From an uncultured Gemmatimonadales bacterium (GTDB taxonomy: Bacteria > Gemmatimonadota > Gemmatimonadetes > Longimicrobiales > Gaopeijiaceae), in assembly GCA_963809895.1 (NCBI GenBank), contig CAWELD010000003.1:1088001-1152000 (forward strand): DNA of 64,000 nt, written 5' to 3'. How positions within the stretch are numbered: position 1 is the stretch's first letter; each line of letters starts with the position of its first letter. Shown one piece after another: positions 1-13,062 of the stretch. Below the pieces are notes generated by a model. It ran no database searches and was not told the DNA's origin. It worked only from the letters and a program-made list of their open reading frames with translations. The position numbers and the translations under genes are program-made.

Positions 1-13
1 CTGTCCAGAATGA

Positions 14-57
14 AGAAGGGGCCCGAAGACCGCCGCGTCGGCGGTCCTCGAGCCCCC
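14..57 (-). terminator. Probable intrinsic terminator after skp
   Basis: Minus strand GGGGCTCGAGGACCGCC-gacgc-GGCGGTCTTCGGGCCCC hairpin followed by TTCTT, just downstream of the skp stop. Confidence 0.6.
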
Positions 58-86
58 GTGCCCCGGGACTTCGGGCCCCGGGGAGC

Positions 87-617
87 TCAGTTCCCGCCCC
101 CGGCGGCGTTGGCGGCCTGGAGCCGCCGCACGACCTCGTCGGTGAGGTCCAGCGTGGAGTCGGCAGCCACCAGCGAGCCGGCGGCCACGTCGAAGATCAG
201 GTGATAATGGCCTTCTGCGCGGATCTGCTCGATCACGGTGCTGATCTTGTCCATGATGGGCTGGACGATCTCCGAGCGCCGCTGCTGCGCCTGGTTCTCG
301 AGCTGCTGGGCCCGCTGCTGCAGGTCCTGCTGGCGCTGCTGAATCTCAGTCTCGCGGCGAGCCTTGGCCTCGGGCGACATGGCCAGCGACTGCGACTGGT
401 ACTGCTTGATCATGGCGTCCAGCGAATCCGATGCCGGCTGCAGTTGAGCTCTGAGCGCCTGCATCTCGGAATCGAACTGGTTGGCCGCCTCCTGGGCTCC
501 CGGCGTCTGCGCCAGGATGGCCTGGGAGTTGATGTAGCCGATCTTCAGAGGCGTCTGGGCCGCCACCGGGGCGGCCACGGCCATGAAGACGGCGAGCGAA
601 AAGACGATACGACGCAT
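87..617 (-). CDS. skp: OmpH/Skp periplasmic chaperone
   Basis: Signal peptide MRRIVFSLAVFMAVAAPVAAQ, KIGYINSQAIL motif, Gln-rich coiled coil, C-terminal DLTDEVVRRL; GGAG RBS before ATG 617; downstream of bamA. Confidence 0.92.
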   Translation of the reverse strand: MRRIVFSLAVFMAVAAPVAAQTPLKIGYINSQAILAQTPGAQEAANQFDSEMQALRAQLQPASDSLDAMIKQYQSQSLAMSPEAKARRETEIQQRQQDLQQRAQQLENQAQQRRSEIVQPIMDKISTVIEQIRAEGHYHLIFDVAAGSLVAADSTLDLTDEVVRRLQAANAAGGGN

Positions 618-666
618 CTGTAATACTCCAGTCATCGAGTTCGATGTCGAGCAGCGCCCTCGAACC

Positions 667-3113
667 TCAATAGCCGGGGCCCATGCGGAAATGCAGCTGC
701 CAGCCCGGGTTGGTCTTGTCGAATCCATACGCATAATCCAGCCCGATGGGTCCGAAGGGGGTCACGAGCTGCAACCCCACGCCCGCTCCACGGAAGAGCT
801 GGGACGGGTCGATCTGGCTGGGGCTCTTCCACACGTTGCCCGCGTCGAAGAAGGTCGAGACGGAGATGTTGTCGTTGAGACGCATCGCCAGCTCGGTGCT
901 CACGCTGAGGAACGCGTTCCCCAGGCGGTCGATGTCGGAGATGGCCCCGGAGTTCTCGGGAAAGAAGCCGAAAGGCGTAATGGACGTTTCGTCGTAGCCG
1001 CGAAGCTGTTGGCCGAACTGGACGCCGCCCATCCAGAACCGATCGAAGGGAAAGCGCTCGGGATTGCCGAAGATGGCGCCCGCCTTGAGCGAGGTGCCCA
1101 GGGCGAAGGTCACCGGCCGTCCGCCGGTGCTGCCACCGACCTCGGCCACCGGTAGCCACCAGGTGCCCTCGATCATGTGCCGGATGAAGTCCCCGTCTCC
1201 GCCGAGAATCCCGCCGTTGAACTCGGTGGTCCAACTCTGGCGCGATCCGATCGTGGGGAAGATGGGGTTGTTCAGCGTCGTGCGGGTCAGGCTCAGGGAG
1301 ACCTGGCTCTGCGTGCCCGGAGGCCGCCCGAAGAGCGAGGTGTCGTCCTGGTTGTCCCGGAGCTGATAGCGCGTCCGAGAGATCGAGTACCCGGCGAACA
1401 CGCGCGTGGAGCGCGCTCCGGGAATCGGGAACCCGAAGCGCAGCGACGCACCCACGCGCTTGCGCTGACCGGAGTTGAAGGAGAAGAACCGGTCGCGGGC
1501 GTCGAAGAGCGAGATGGTCCCGCTCACCCGGGACATGAAGAGCGAGGGATCGGAAAAGGTGAGCGTGAAGTTGTTCACGTACCGTCCGAAGTCCCAGCGC
1601 AGGTGCCCTTCCTTGGCCTGTCCGAACAGGTTGGGCTGATCGTAGCCGATGAAGCCCGCGAGCCCGATGCCGCCGCCCACCGAGGTGCCGAAGTTCACGG
1701 CACCGGTGCTCTTCTCCTTGACCCGGAAGGTCACGTCCACCTTACCGGTCTCGGGGTCGGGATCCATGTTCGGGAAGGGCAACGGTGTCTCGAAGAACCC
1801 CAGCCCGTTGATGCTCTGATAGCTCTGGATGAGCCGGTCCTGGCTGTAGACGTCGCCGGGAAGAAGCCCGAGACGGTCCCGGATCACACGCTCGTAGGTG
1901 TAATCGTTGCCGGTGATGTCCAACATGTTCACGAAGGCCGGCTGGCCCTCCTGCACGTTGATGCCGATGGCCACCGTGGGGTCGCCCCCTTCCTCCATGG
2001 GCGGCCGCTTCTCGATGAAGGGCTCGATCTGGGCGAAGATGTAGCCCTGGTTGTAGTAGAGCTGTCGGACCTGATCCACCGCGGCATCGAACGCCACCTT
2101 GTCGAACACGCGCCCGCGGGCTTCCTCTTCGCGGGCTCCGCCTCCGATCCCCAGCGTCCGGAGCAGCCCTCCCCGCTCCGGCAGGAAGAACTGTTCGAGG
2201 CGCTCGTCGTCGATGGCTCGATTGCCGTCCACCGACAGGGCCCCGACCCGGTAGCGCTGACCCTCCTGCAGCTCGATCTCCACTCGCGCCTTGCCCGACG
2301 TGGGATCCACGATGAGGGTGTCCGAGAGGATCTCCATGTCCAGGTAGCCCCGGGAGTAGTAGAGATCCGGGATCCCCTGCGTCAGGTCCGCTTCCAGCCG
2401 GTCCTCGTCGAAGCTACCGGAGCGGAACCACCAGAAGCCCTCCGGCTTCACGGTCATGGCCCCGACGACCTCGTCGGTGGGGATGTGCTCGTTTCCGGCC
2501 ATGGCTACCTGCGCCACGGTGACCCGGTGACCCTCGTCGACCTGGAAGATCAGGTCCACCACGTTCTCGAGGCCCTCTACCGCCACCTGGCGGTCCTCGA
2601 TGGAGGCGAAGGGGATGCCCTCGTCGGACAACTTGTTCCGGATCACCTGCTTGGCCCGGTACACCCGTTGCGGCGCGTACGGGATGCCCGCGCGCACGCC
2701 GGCGGAGTCCTCCACCAGGTCCGCGCTTGCGTGCTCCAATCCCCGTACCTGCACCCGGCGCACCATGGGCTGTTCCTGCACCTGGACGCGCACCACCACC
2801 GGCTGCCCACCCAGGCCGCCCTCGCCGAACACACGGACGTCGGAGAACTGGGCCAGGCCCCAGAGGGTCTTCTCGGCGGCCTGGATCTCACGGTAGGTGA
2901 TGGTGTCGCCGGCCTGGAATCCCAGGTACCCCAGCACAGTCTCGCGCGCCACGCGCGCATTCCCTTCCACCGCCACCGAGTCCACCACCAGCCTCTGCGC
3001 GGCCTGCGCACGAAGCGGCCGCGGGCCCAGGATGGAGCCCGCCAGCAGCAGGAAGGCCGCGGCTCGGGCCACGGCCTTCCACCGATGCGTCGTCTGTCGC
3101 CTCACTCCCGTCA

Positions 3114-3117
<4 letters not shown>
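667..3117 (-). CDS. bamA: Outer membrane protein assembly factor BamA
   Basis: POTRA-like repeats, barrel with LRGY motif and TPFGPIGLDYAYG C-terminus; adjacent to skp; start overlaps the clpC stop. Confidence 0.95.
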
Positions 3118-5612
<2,495 letters not shown>

Positions 5613-5643
5613 CGTAGGGTCTCGCGCGCCTCAGAGCGCGGGG

Positions 5644-6771
5644 TCACTGGCGGCCGGTGGGACGTTCGTCGGAGGGTTCGCGATCGTCCGGGGGGACATC
5701 TCCCTCGGTAGCCAACACCCTTCGAACGAACGCCGCTCGATGCGTGTCACTTTCGGCCCCGGAGAGGTCACGGCCCGCCGCCTGCTCCAGGTGGGCGGGC
5801 TGCGTGAAAATCATCAGTTTGTTGAGCGTGTATACACGGAGTTCCGGGAGAAGTTTCAGGCTCGCACCGAGCCGAACGCCGCTCAGAAGATTCATCAATT
5901 CTTCGAACGATAGACTCCTGGCATACCGCAGTAAACCGTAGGCGCGCCAGATCTTGTCTTCCGTCACGGCGCGGGCGTCACGGAGCAGCACCTGGCGCGC
6001 GTCGAGCTCGTGCTGGATTACCTTGCGAACCACGCGGTCGAGCTGGTCCACCAGGTCTTCTTCGCTCTTGCCCAACGTGGTCTGATTGGAGACCTGGAAG
6101 AAGTTGCCCACCACCTCCGAGCCCTCACCGTAGAGACCCCGGAAGGTGAGTCCCACCTGCCCCAGGGCGTGGAGCACCTTGGAGATCTCCTTGGTCAGCA
6201 CCAGGCCCGGCAGGTGCATGAGCACCGACGCCCGCAGGCCCGTGCCCACGTTGGTGGGGCAACTGGTCAGGTAGCCGAACTCGTGGTGGAAGGCGAAGGC
6301 CATCTCCCGGCCCAGCTCCTCGTCCAGGCGGTCCGCACGATTCCAGGCGTACTGCAGTCGGAGCCCGGACACCAGGGACTGGATGCGCAGGTGGTCCTCC
6401 TCGTTCACCATGACGCTCAGGGGCGAGCCGGCGCCGGTCAGCACCGCGGCCCCGCGGTGCGGTCCCGAGCCGTTCTCGCCCAGGAGATCCCGGGTCACGA
6501 CGCGGCGCTCCAGCAGGATGCGCCGGCTCCGGTCGGTCAGCTCGGGGATCTCCACCAGCGTCGAGCCCTCCATGGCCTCCAGGCGGCCCACCTGGGCCCG
6601 GACCCAGCCCAGCACGGCCTCACGGTCGTTCACCCTGGCCCGCGGACCGAACGCGTGGCCCTGGAGGTTCCTGGCCAGGCGGACGCGCGTCGACAGGACC
6701 ACGTCGGCGTGGTCGCCGCTGGCGTCCAGCCAGGAGAGGCCGAAGTCCGGGAGGGTGGTCAGATCGTCCAC
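5644..6771 (-). CDS. mcsB: Protein arginine kinase McsB
   Basis: STRVRLARN, NEEDH and LTSCPTNVGTGLRASV phosphagen-kinase motifs, QVSNQTTLG; lies between mcsA and clpC. Confidence 0.93.
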   Translation of the reverse strand: MDDLTTLPDFGLSWLDASGDHADVVLSTRVRLARNLQGHAFGPRARVNDREAVLGWVRAQVGRLEAMEGSTLVEIPELTDRSRRILLERRVVTRDLLGENGSGPHRGAAVLTGAGSPLSVMVNEEDHLRIQSLVSGLRLQYAWNRADRLDEELGREMAFAFHHEFGYLTSCPTNVGTGLRASVLMHLPGLVLTKEISKVLHALGQVGLTFRGLYGEGSEVVGNFFQVSNQTTLGKSEEDLVDQLDRVVRKVIQHELDARQVLLRDARAVTEDKIWRAYGLLRYARSLSFEELMNLLSGVRLGASLKLLPELRVYTLNKLMIFTQPAHLEQAAGRDLSGAESDTHRAAFVRRVLATEGDVPPDDREPSDERPTGRQ

Positions 6772-6775
6772 GGCG

Positions 6776-7285
6776 TCACCCCTGTGGCTCGGGCTCCAGG
6801 GACCGGATCTCGTCGCGAAGCTCCGCCGCGCGCTCGAAGTCCTCGGACTGCACGGCGCGCTGGAGCCGTCGTCGCAGCCCCTCGAGGCGCTTCTCGCGCT
6901 CCGACGCGGTGGGATCCGGGGGCAGGTAGACCTTTCCCACGTGCTGCGTGCTCCCGTGGATACGACGCAACAGCCCCCGGAGCCGGCCCTCGAAGGTGCT
7001 GTAGCAATGAGGGCAACCCAGGCGGCCCGCCTCGCGGAACCCCGCGAAGGTCAGGCCGCAGAAGGGGCATGGGCCGTCGTCCTCGGCACCTGCCGAGGGC
7101 TCGCTGGACTCCCCTCCCATCTGCGCCAGGAAGTCGGCCAGGGGAAACCCGCTGGGCTCCTCTCCGGTCTCCAGTCCCTTGGCCGCAGCGCAGGCCTCGC
7201 AGAGATGCGACGTGGTCATCTCGTTGTTCTCGATCTGGGTGAGATGGATGACCGCCTCGTTCTCGCCGCAATTCTCGCACTTCAT
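6776..7285 (-). CDS. mcsA: McsA activator (four CxxC motifs plus UVR domain)
   Basis: CENC, CEAC, CPFC, GRLGCPHCY; C-terminal EDFERAAELRDEIR. Confidence 0.92.
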   Translation of the reverse strand: MKCENCGENEAVIHLTQIENNEMTTSHLCEACAAAKGLETGEEPSGFPLADFLAQMGGESSEPSAGAEDDGPCPFCGLTFAGFREAGRLGCPHCYSTFEGRLRGLLRRIHGSTQHVGKVYLPPDPTASEREKRLEGLRRRLQRAVQSEDFERAAELRDEIRSLEPEPQG

Positions 7286-7331
7286 GACGTCCTGCATCCT
7301 CCCGGGGAGGGGTCCGGAGACTTCGCGTGGC

Positions 7332-8078
7332 TCATGCGGCCACGTCGGCCGGCCCGAGCACCCCGTCCTCCAGTCGGAGGATCCGGTCTGCGCGACGGGC
7401 CAACTCCAGATTGTGGGTCACCAGAACCATGGAGAGGTTCCGCTGTTCCCGAACCGAGAACAGTACGTCGTGGAGGTGCTCGCTGGTGTGGTGATCCAGA
7501 TTGCCCGAGGGCTCGTCGGCCAGAAGCACCAGCGGATCGTTGGCCAGTGCCCGCGCCACGGCCACCCGCTGCTGCTCGCCGCCGGACAGCTCCCGGGGCT
7601 TGTGCTCGGCGCGGGCGGCGAGGCCCACCGCTTCGAGAAGGCTCGCCGCCGCACCCCGGGCGTCGGCGACGGTGGCGCCGCCGATGAGCCGCGGCATCAT
7701 GACGTTTTCCAGAGCCGTGAACTCCCGGAGCAGGTGGTGGAACTGGAAGACGAATCCCACGTGACGATTGCGGACCGCCGCCAGCTCCGGATCCGACAGC
7801 CGGGACACGGCGCGACCGCCCACCAGGACCTCGCCCTCGGTGGGCCGGTCCAGGGCACCGAGCAGGTGGAGGAAGGTGGACTTCCCCGCCCCGCTGGCGC
7901 CGATGATCGCCACGGCCTCGCCGGGCTCCACGCGCAGGTCCACGCCCTGCAGCACCGTGAGCTGTCGGCCTCCCGTGGTGGCGTAGCTGCGGTGCACGTT
8001 CACCGCCTCCAGGGGCGCCGGGGCCGCCGGGGTGGGCGGCGGCGGCACGGCGTCCTGCTCGCGCACGGCCTCACTCAT
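7332..8078 (-). CDS. lolD: Lipoprotein-releasing ABC transporter ATPase
   Basis: GASGAGKS, GFVFQFHHLL, LSGGEQQRVA, LADEPSGNLD; coupled to lolC/E. Confidence 0.9.
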   Translation of the reverse strand: MSEAVREQDAVPPPPTPAAPAPLEAVNVHRSYATTGGRQLTVLQGVDLRVEPGEAVAIIGASGAGKSTFLHLLGALDRPTEGEVLVGGRAVSRLSDPELAAVRNRHVGFVFQFHHLLREFTALENVMMPRLIGGATVADARGAAASLLEAVGLAARAEHKPRELSGGEQQRVAVARALANDPLVLLADEPSGNLDHHTSEHLHDVLFSVREQRNLSMVLVTHNLELARRADRILRLEDGVLGPADVAA

Positions 8079-9318
8079 GGCGGATGGCCTCCACCGGCTC
8101 CAGGCGAGCGGCCTGGAGCGACGGATAGATGGTGGCGGCGAACGCGATGACGACGCTCCCCAGCACGATGGTGAGCACGTCGCCCGCCTGGAGCGAGACC
8201 GGCAGGTGGTCCACGAAGTAGACCTCCGGCGGGATGGGAATCACGCGGTAGCGGTCCAGGATCCAGCACAGGACCAGACCCAGGCCGGTACCCAGCACGG
8301 TGCCCACGATGCCGATCCACGCGCCCTGAAGGACGAAGACCCGCAGAATGCCGCGGTCGGTCATCCCCATGGACTTGAGGATCCCGATCTCTCGCGTGCG
8401 GTCGGCCACCACCATGACCAGGGTGCTGACGATGTTGAAGGCCGCCACGATGACGATGAGGAAGAGGATCACCAGCATGGCCAGCTTCTCCAGCTTGAGC
8501 GCGCTGAAGAGCTGCCGGTTGGTGGTGACCCAGCTCTGGACGACGTAGGGGAATTTCAGCCGGGCCTGGAGGTCTTCGGCGATGGCCTGTGCCTGCTCGG
8601 GATCGTCCGTCTGGATGCCCACGCCGGAAACCTCGTCGTTCCGCGCCAGACCCAGGAGCTTCTGGGCATCGGGAAGGCGCGCGTAGACGTTGTTGGTGTC
8701 GTAGTCGTACATCCCGGTGGTGAAGGTGCCCGTGACCTCGAAGGCCCCCAGCGCCGGCGACGGGATCCCCGTGGCCGCCGACGTCTGGATGTTCTCCAGC
8801 GCGATGACGGTGAGGGTGTCGCCCACGAAGATCTGCATGCGGCTGGCCAGGCCGCTCCCCAGCAGGAGTGGCGGTAGGCCCGACGGCGGAGGCTCCAGGT
8901 CGTAGAGCCCCGACAGGATCTGCTCCTCCAGCACGGTGCCCCCGGCGATGGCCGAGTCCGTGGGGATTCCGTACAGGTCGGCCGCCTGGGCGTACTCGCC
9001 GCGCTTGAGGGCGACCTTGGTGAGGATGAAGGGCGACGCCGAGCGCACGCCTTCGGTGGCCCGAGCCGAGTCCATCACGGCCCGCCAGTCACGCATGCGG
9101 AGCGCACTGCCCTGCTCCAGCACCAGGATGTGGGCGTTGGCCGACAGGATCTTCTCGCGCAGGTCCTTCTGCATCCCCGTCATGACGCCGATCACCACGA
9201 TGAGCGCGGTCACCCCCACGGTGACGCCGCCCAGCGCGATCCAGGTGATGAAGGAGAGCAGGCGCCCCCCCTTGCGGGCGGACAGATACCGGCGGGCGAT
9301 GTACCAGTCGAGCTTCAT
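8071..9318 (-). CDS. lolE: Lipoprotein-releasing ABC transporter permease (LolC/E family)
   Basis: IARRYL N-terminus, FTTGMYDYD, AAFNIVSTLVMVVADRTREIGILKSMG, YPSLQAARLEPVEAIRHE; only one permease gene present. Confidence 0.88.
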   Translation of the reverse strand: MKLDWYIARRYLSARKGGRLLSFITWIALGGVTVGVTALIVVIGVMTGMQKDLREKILSANAHILVLEQGSALRMRDWRAVMDSARATEGVRSASPFILTKVALKRGEYAQAADLYGIPTDSAIAGGTVLEEQILSGLYDLEPPPSGLPPLLLGSGLASRMQIFVGDTLTVIALENIQTSAATGIPSPALGAFEVTGTFTTGMYDYDTNNVYARLPDAQKLLGLARNDEVSGVGIQTDDPEQAQAIAEDLQARLKFPYVVQSWVTTNRQLFSALKLEKLAMLVILFLIVIVAAFNIVSTLVMVVADRTREIGILKSMGMTDRGILRVFVLQGAWIGIVGTVLGTGLGLVLCWILDRYRVIPIPPEVYFVDHLPVSLQAGDVLTIVLGSVVIAFAATIYPSLQAARLEPVEAIRHE

Positions 9319-9347
9319 CGGAGCCCCTCGCCCGGTGCGCGCCACGG

Positions 9348-10876
9348 CTACTCGTCGTCCCGTAGCACGGGAAACAGGATGACGTCGCGGATGGAGGCCT
9401 GGTCCGTGAGCATCATGGTCAGACGGTCCACGCCCATGCCCAGCCCGCCCGTGGGCGGCATGCCGTATTCCAGCGCCCGGATGTAGTCCTCGTCCACCTG
9501 GTGCGCCTCCTCGTCGCCCCCGGCCCTGAGCGCGGCCTGCGCCTCGAAGCGCCGGCGCTGGTCCCGGGGATCGTTGAGCTCGCTGAAGGCGTTGGCCAGT
9601 TCGGTGCCGTGCACATAGAGCTCGAAGCGCTCCACCACGCCCGGATCGCTGCGATGGGGCTTGGCCAGGGGGCTCAGCTCCAGCGGATGGTCCAGCACGA
9701 AGGTGGGCTGCAGGAGCGAGGGCTCCACCAGGGCTCCGAAGAGTTTGTCCAGAAGCTTGCCCCGTCCCGCCCCTCCGAGATCCGGGAGCTTGAGCTCCTC
9801 GGCCCGCCGACGCAGCTCGGCATCGGACAACTCGGCCGGGTCGGCCCCCAGACTCTCCCCAGCGCTTGCAGGAAGCGAACCCGCGGAAACGGCGGCTCGA
9901 AGCGGATCTCCGTGCCCTGGTACTCCAGCGCGCGCCCCCCGGTCACCGCCTCCACCACGTGCACGACCATGCGCTCCGTGAAGTCCATCAGGTCGTGGTA
10001 GTCCACGTAGGCCTGGTAGAACTCCAGCATGGTGAATTCGGGGTTGTGGAAGCGGTCGATGCCTTCGTTGCGGAAGTCCTTGGCGATCTCGTAGACCGCC
10101 TCGAACCCGCCCACGATGAGCCGCTTCAGGTAGAGCTCGTCGGCGATGCGCAGGTACATCTCCCGGTCCAGCGCATGGTGACGGGTGACGAACGGCCTGG
10201 CCGCGGCCCCGCCGTAGAGCGGCTGCAGCGCCGGCGTCTCCACCTCCAGGAATCCCTCCCCGTCGAGAAAGCGCCTCAGCTCGGCGATGATCCGGCTGCG
10301 GGTGCGGAAGACCTCGCGCACCTCGGGATTCACGGCCAGATCGGCGTACCGCTGCCGGTAGCGGCTCTCGGTGTCGGAGAAGCCCGAGTGCACCACCCGC
10401 TCGCCCGTGTCGGGATCCACCTCGACCTTGCCGAAGGGGAGCGGACGGAGCGACTTGGTGAGCAGCTCCCAACCCTCGACCCGTACCGTCACCTCCCCCA
10501 TGCGCGTGCGGAACACCGGGCCTTCCACCCCGATCCAGTCGCCCAGGTCGAGGCTCTCCAACCGCTGGAACGACTCCTCGCCCAGTACGTCCTTGCGGAA
10601 GTAGAGCTGGAGGCGTCCGTGGCCGTCTTCCAGGTTGGCGAAGGCGCTCTTGCCGTGCCCGCGCCAGGCCGTCAGACGCCCGGCGATCCGGACGTGCTCC
10701 CCGTGGCCGTCCTCGGGCAGCGCGCCCGCCGATTCGGCGTCTTCGAACGCCTCGAGGGCCGACACCGTCGTGTGGGTGCGCTGGAACCGGTAGGCGTAGG
10801 GCAGCGTGCCCTCGTCCAGAAGCGCTTCCAGCTTCTGGATACGGGCGCGAAGGAGCTGGTTCAGGTCTTCGGTCAT
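9348..10876 (-). CDS. lysS: Lysine--tRNA ligase (class II), split by a 1-nt frameshift at 9857-9860
   Basis: N-terminal part ([33 protein letters not shown]) is in ORF 9674..10876; C-terminal part ([28 protein letters not shown]) is in the frame of 9348..10472; one extra G in the G4 run joins them. Confidence 0.92.
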
Positions 10877-11983
10877 GCCGCGGTCTGGGCTCCGAACTGC
10901 TTCAGATAGGCTTCGATGAAGGGATCGAGGTCACCGTCCATGACCGCGTGTACGTCCGATTCCTTCAGCTCCGTACGATGGTCGTTGACCATGGTGTAGG
11001 GCTGGAAGACGTAGGAGCGGATCTGATGGCCCCAGGCGATATCGGTCTTGGTGGCCTCCATGGCGGCCTTCTCCTTCTCGCGCTCCTCGACCTCGCGTTG
11101 GTAGAGGGCGGCCTTGAGCATCTTCATGGCCGTCGCGCGGTTCTTGTGCTGGGAGCGCTCCTGCTGGCAGGAGACCACGATGCCGGTGGGCTCGTGGGTG
11201 ATGCGGATGGCCGAGTCCGTCTTGTTGACGTGCTGGCCGCCGGCTCCCGAGGCCCGGAAGGTGTCGATGCGGAGATCCCCCTCGTCGATCTCCACCTCGA
11301 TCTCGTCGTCCACGAGCGGATACACGAAGACGCTGGCGAAGGACGTGTGCCGCCGAGCCTGCGCGTCGAAGGGCGAGATGCGCACGAGGCGGTGGACGCC
11401 CTTCTCCGCCTTCAGGTACCCGTAGGCGTAGTCCCCCTTGATTTCCAGCGTGGCACCCTTGATGCCGGCCTCTTCGCCGGGCTGGAGATCCAGCACCGAC
11501 ACGGTGAACCCGTGCCGCTCCGCCCAACGCGTGTACATGCGGGTGAGCATCTCGGCCCAGTCCTGGGACTCCAGGCCCCCGGCGCCGGGCTGCACCGTCA
11601 GGATCGCGTCCCGGACGTCGTCTTCGCCCTGGAGCATGGTCCTGAGCTCCAGGTCCTCGAGGAGGGCCTCGGCGGTGTCCAGCTCGGACAGCCACTCGGC
11701 CTCCATCTCGGCGTCGGGCTCCGCCTCCAGCAGCTCCGCGAGCTCGCGCAGCGTCGCCGTCTTGTCCCTGGCCTTCGTCCACGGCTCGATCCAGCCCTTG
11801 AGCCGATTGGCCTCGGCGATCACCTCCCGGGCACGCTCCTGATTGTCCCAGAAGCCCGGTTCCGCCATGCGTGCCTCGAGCTGCTCGAGGCGAGGCTCAC
11901 GGTGATCCAGGTCAAAGATACCTCCTGAGCTCGGAGACCTGGCTCTCCGCCGTGGACAGACGATCCAGCGCTTCGGTGTGCAT
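10873..11983 (-). CDS. prfB: Peptide chain release factor 2 with programmed +1 frameshift
   Basis: ATG at 11983 reads MHTEALD...ELRRYL, then CTT TGA C; the second frame carries SPF (RISPFD) and GGQ motifs. Confidence 0.97.
11911..11926 (-). promoter_or_regulatory. prfB autoregulatory frameshift site
   Basis: AGGAGG-TAT-CTT-TGA-C: internal Shine-Dalgarno, slippery CUU-U and weak UGA-C stop. Confidence 0.96.
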
Positions 11984-12022
11984 GACGACCCGCGGAAGTA
12001 GGGGGGATGACCGTCACATGCG

Positions 12023-12051
12023 AAAAGGCCGCCCGTCTCGACGGACGGCCT
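12023..12051 (-). terminator. Intrinsic terminator-like hairpin upstream of prfB
   Basis: AGGCCGTCCGT-cgag-ACGGGCGGCCT (11 bp stem, one G-U) followed by TTT. Confidence 0.65.
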
Positions 12052-12154
12052 CCAGGCTTGTCGACGACTCGGCCCAATATAACCGGAAATTCGCAACCCC
12101 CTCAACCGGCGCGCGTGCGGAGGCAGCAAGCGCGCACAGGGGCGTCCCGAAGGG

Positions 12155-13036
12155 TCAGAAGACCTCGCGCCCCCGGGCCAGCAGGTCGTTGAGGGCGTCC
12201 TTCCAGTAGGAGGTGTCGCGGGCGATGTCGGAGCCCACCTGGTCGACGTATTCGGCCCAGGACTTCCGGATCTCCTCGTCGAAGTCTTCCTGGAGCGTGT
12301 CGTTCTCCAGCGCCCGCAGATAACGCTCCGGGTTGTACGTGATGATGTCCGACACCAGCACCCGGGCCAGGCGGCGCGCCTTCTCGTGGGGGTCGCGCTT
12401 GCCGAACTGGAACGCACTGGGAAGGGGGGATGGCTCGGCCTCGGGCGCGGCCTCCTGCACCTCCTCCTCGACGATCCAGTCCGCCTCGGTCTCGACCGTC
12501 CAGACGTCCTCCCGGGCCGACGTGGGTGTCGGCTCGGGCTCCGGCTCGGCCGCCTCCACCGCCTCGGGGCTCGGCGTGGCCTCCTGCTCCGGGACCAGAT
12601 CCACATTCCACTGCTCGAAGTCCGGCGACGCCTCCGCGGAAGCCGACTCCTCCATGTTCGCGGCTTCTTCGGGGGATTCCTCCACGGCTTCCGTGCCTGC
12701 GGTCTCCTCGACCGTGGAGACATCCTCGGGTGACCACACGTCCTCCACGGTCCCGGCCGCGGTCTCGGTCACCTCTTCGCTCTCGGCCACACCGGACCAG
12801 GGCTCAGGGCTGAACTCCGGCTCGGGCCCCGCTTCAGGGAACGAGGCGGCGCCCAGGCGGTCGGCGGTGGGCTCGGGATGCTCGAGCTCCGCGGTCAGGT
12901 CGAGCGTGGGATCCTCCACCTGGAAGATCCCCCCGCACACGCTGCAGCGGGCGCGCACTCCACCGGCGGGAACCTTGCCGGGATCGACGGGAAACGATGT
13001 GTGGCACGCGCTGCATTCGACGGCGAGGACGGTCAT
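12155..13036 (-). CDS. MJ0042-type zinc-ribbon protein with acidic linker and conserved-looking helical C-terminal domain
   Basis: CSAC...RARCSVC N-terminus; E/P/A-rich middle; C-terminal KARRLARVLVSDIITYN. Confidence 0.8.
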   Translation of the reverse strand: MTVLAVECSACHTSFPVDPGKVPAGGVRARCSVCGGIFQVEDPTLDLTAELEHPEPTADRLGAASFPEAGPEPEFSPEPWSGVAESEEVTETAAGTVEDVWSPEDVSTVEETAGTEAVEESPEEAANMEESASAEASPDFEQWNVDLVPEQEATPSPEAVEAAEPEPEPTPTSAREDVWTVETEADWIVEEEVQEAAPEAEPSPLPSAFQFGKRDPHEKARRLARVLVSDIITYNPERYLRALENDTLQEDFDEEIRKSWAEYVDQVGSDIARDTSYWKDALNDLLARGREVF

Positions 13037-13062
13037 GGAGACTGGTCGTTGAGGTGGGTCCT

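Noticed and set aside
10873..12723. 616 aa ORF as an extended RF2
   Set aside because: Artefact of the prfB frameshift; its upstream part is an alternative frame over the zinc-ribbon gene
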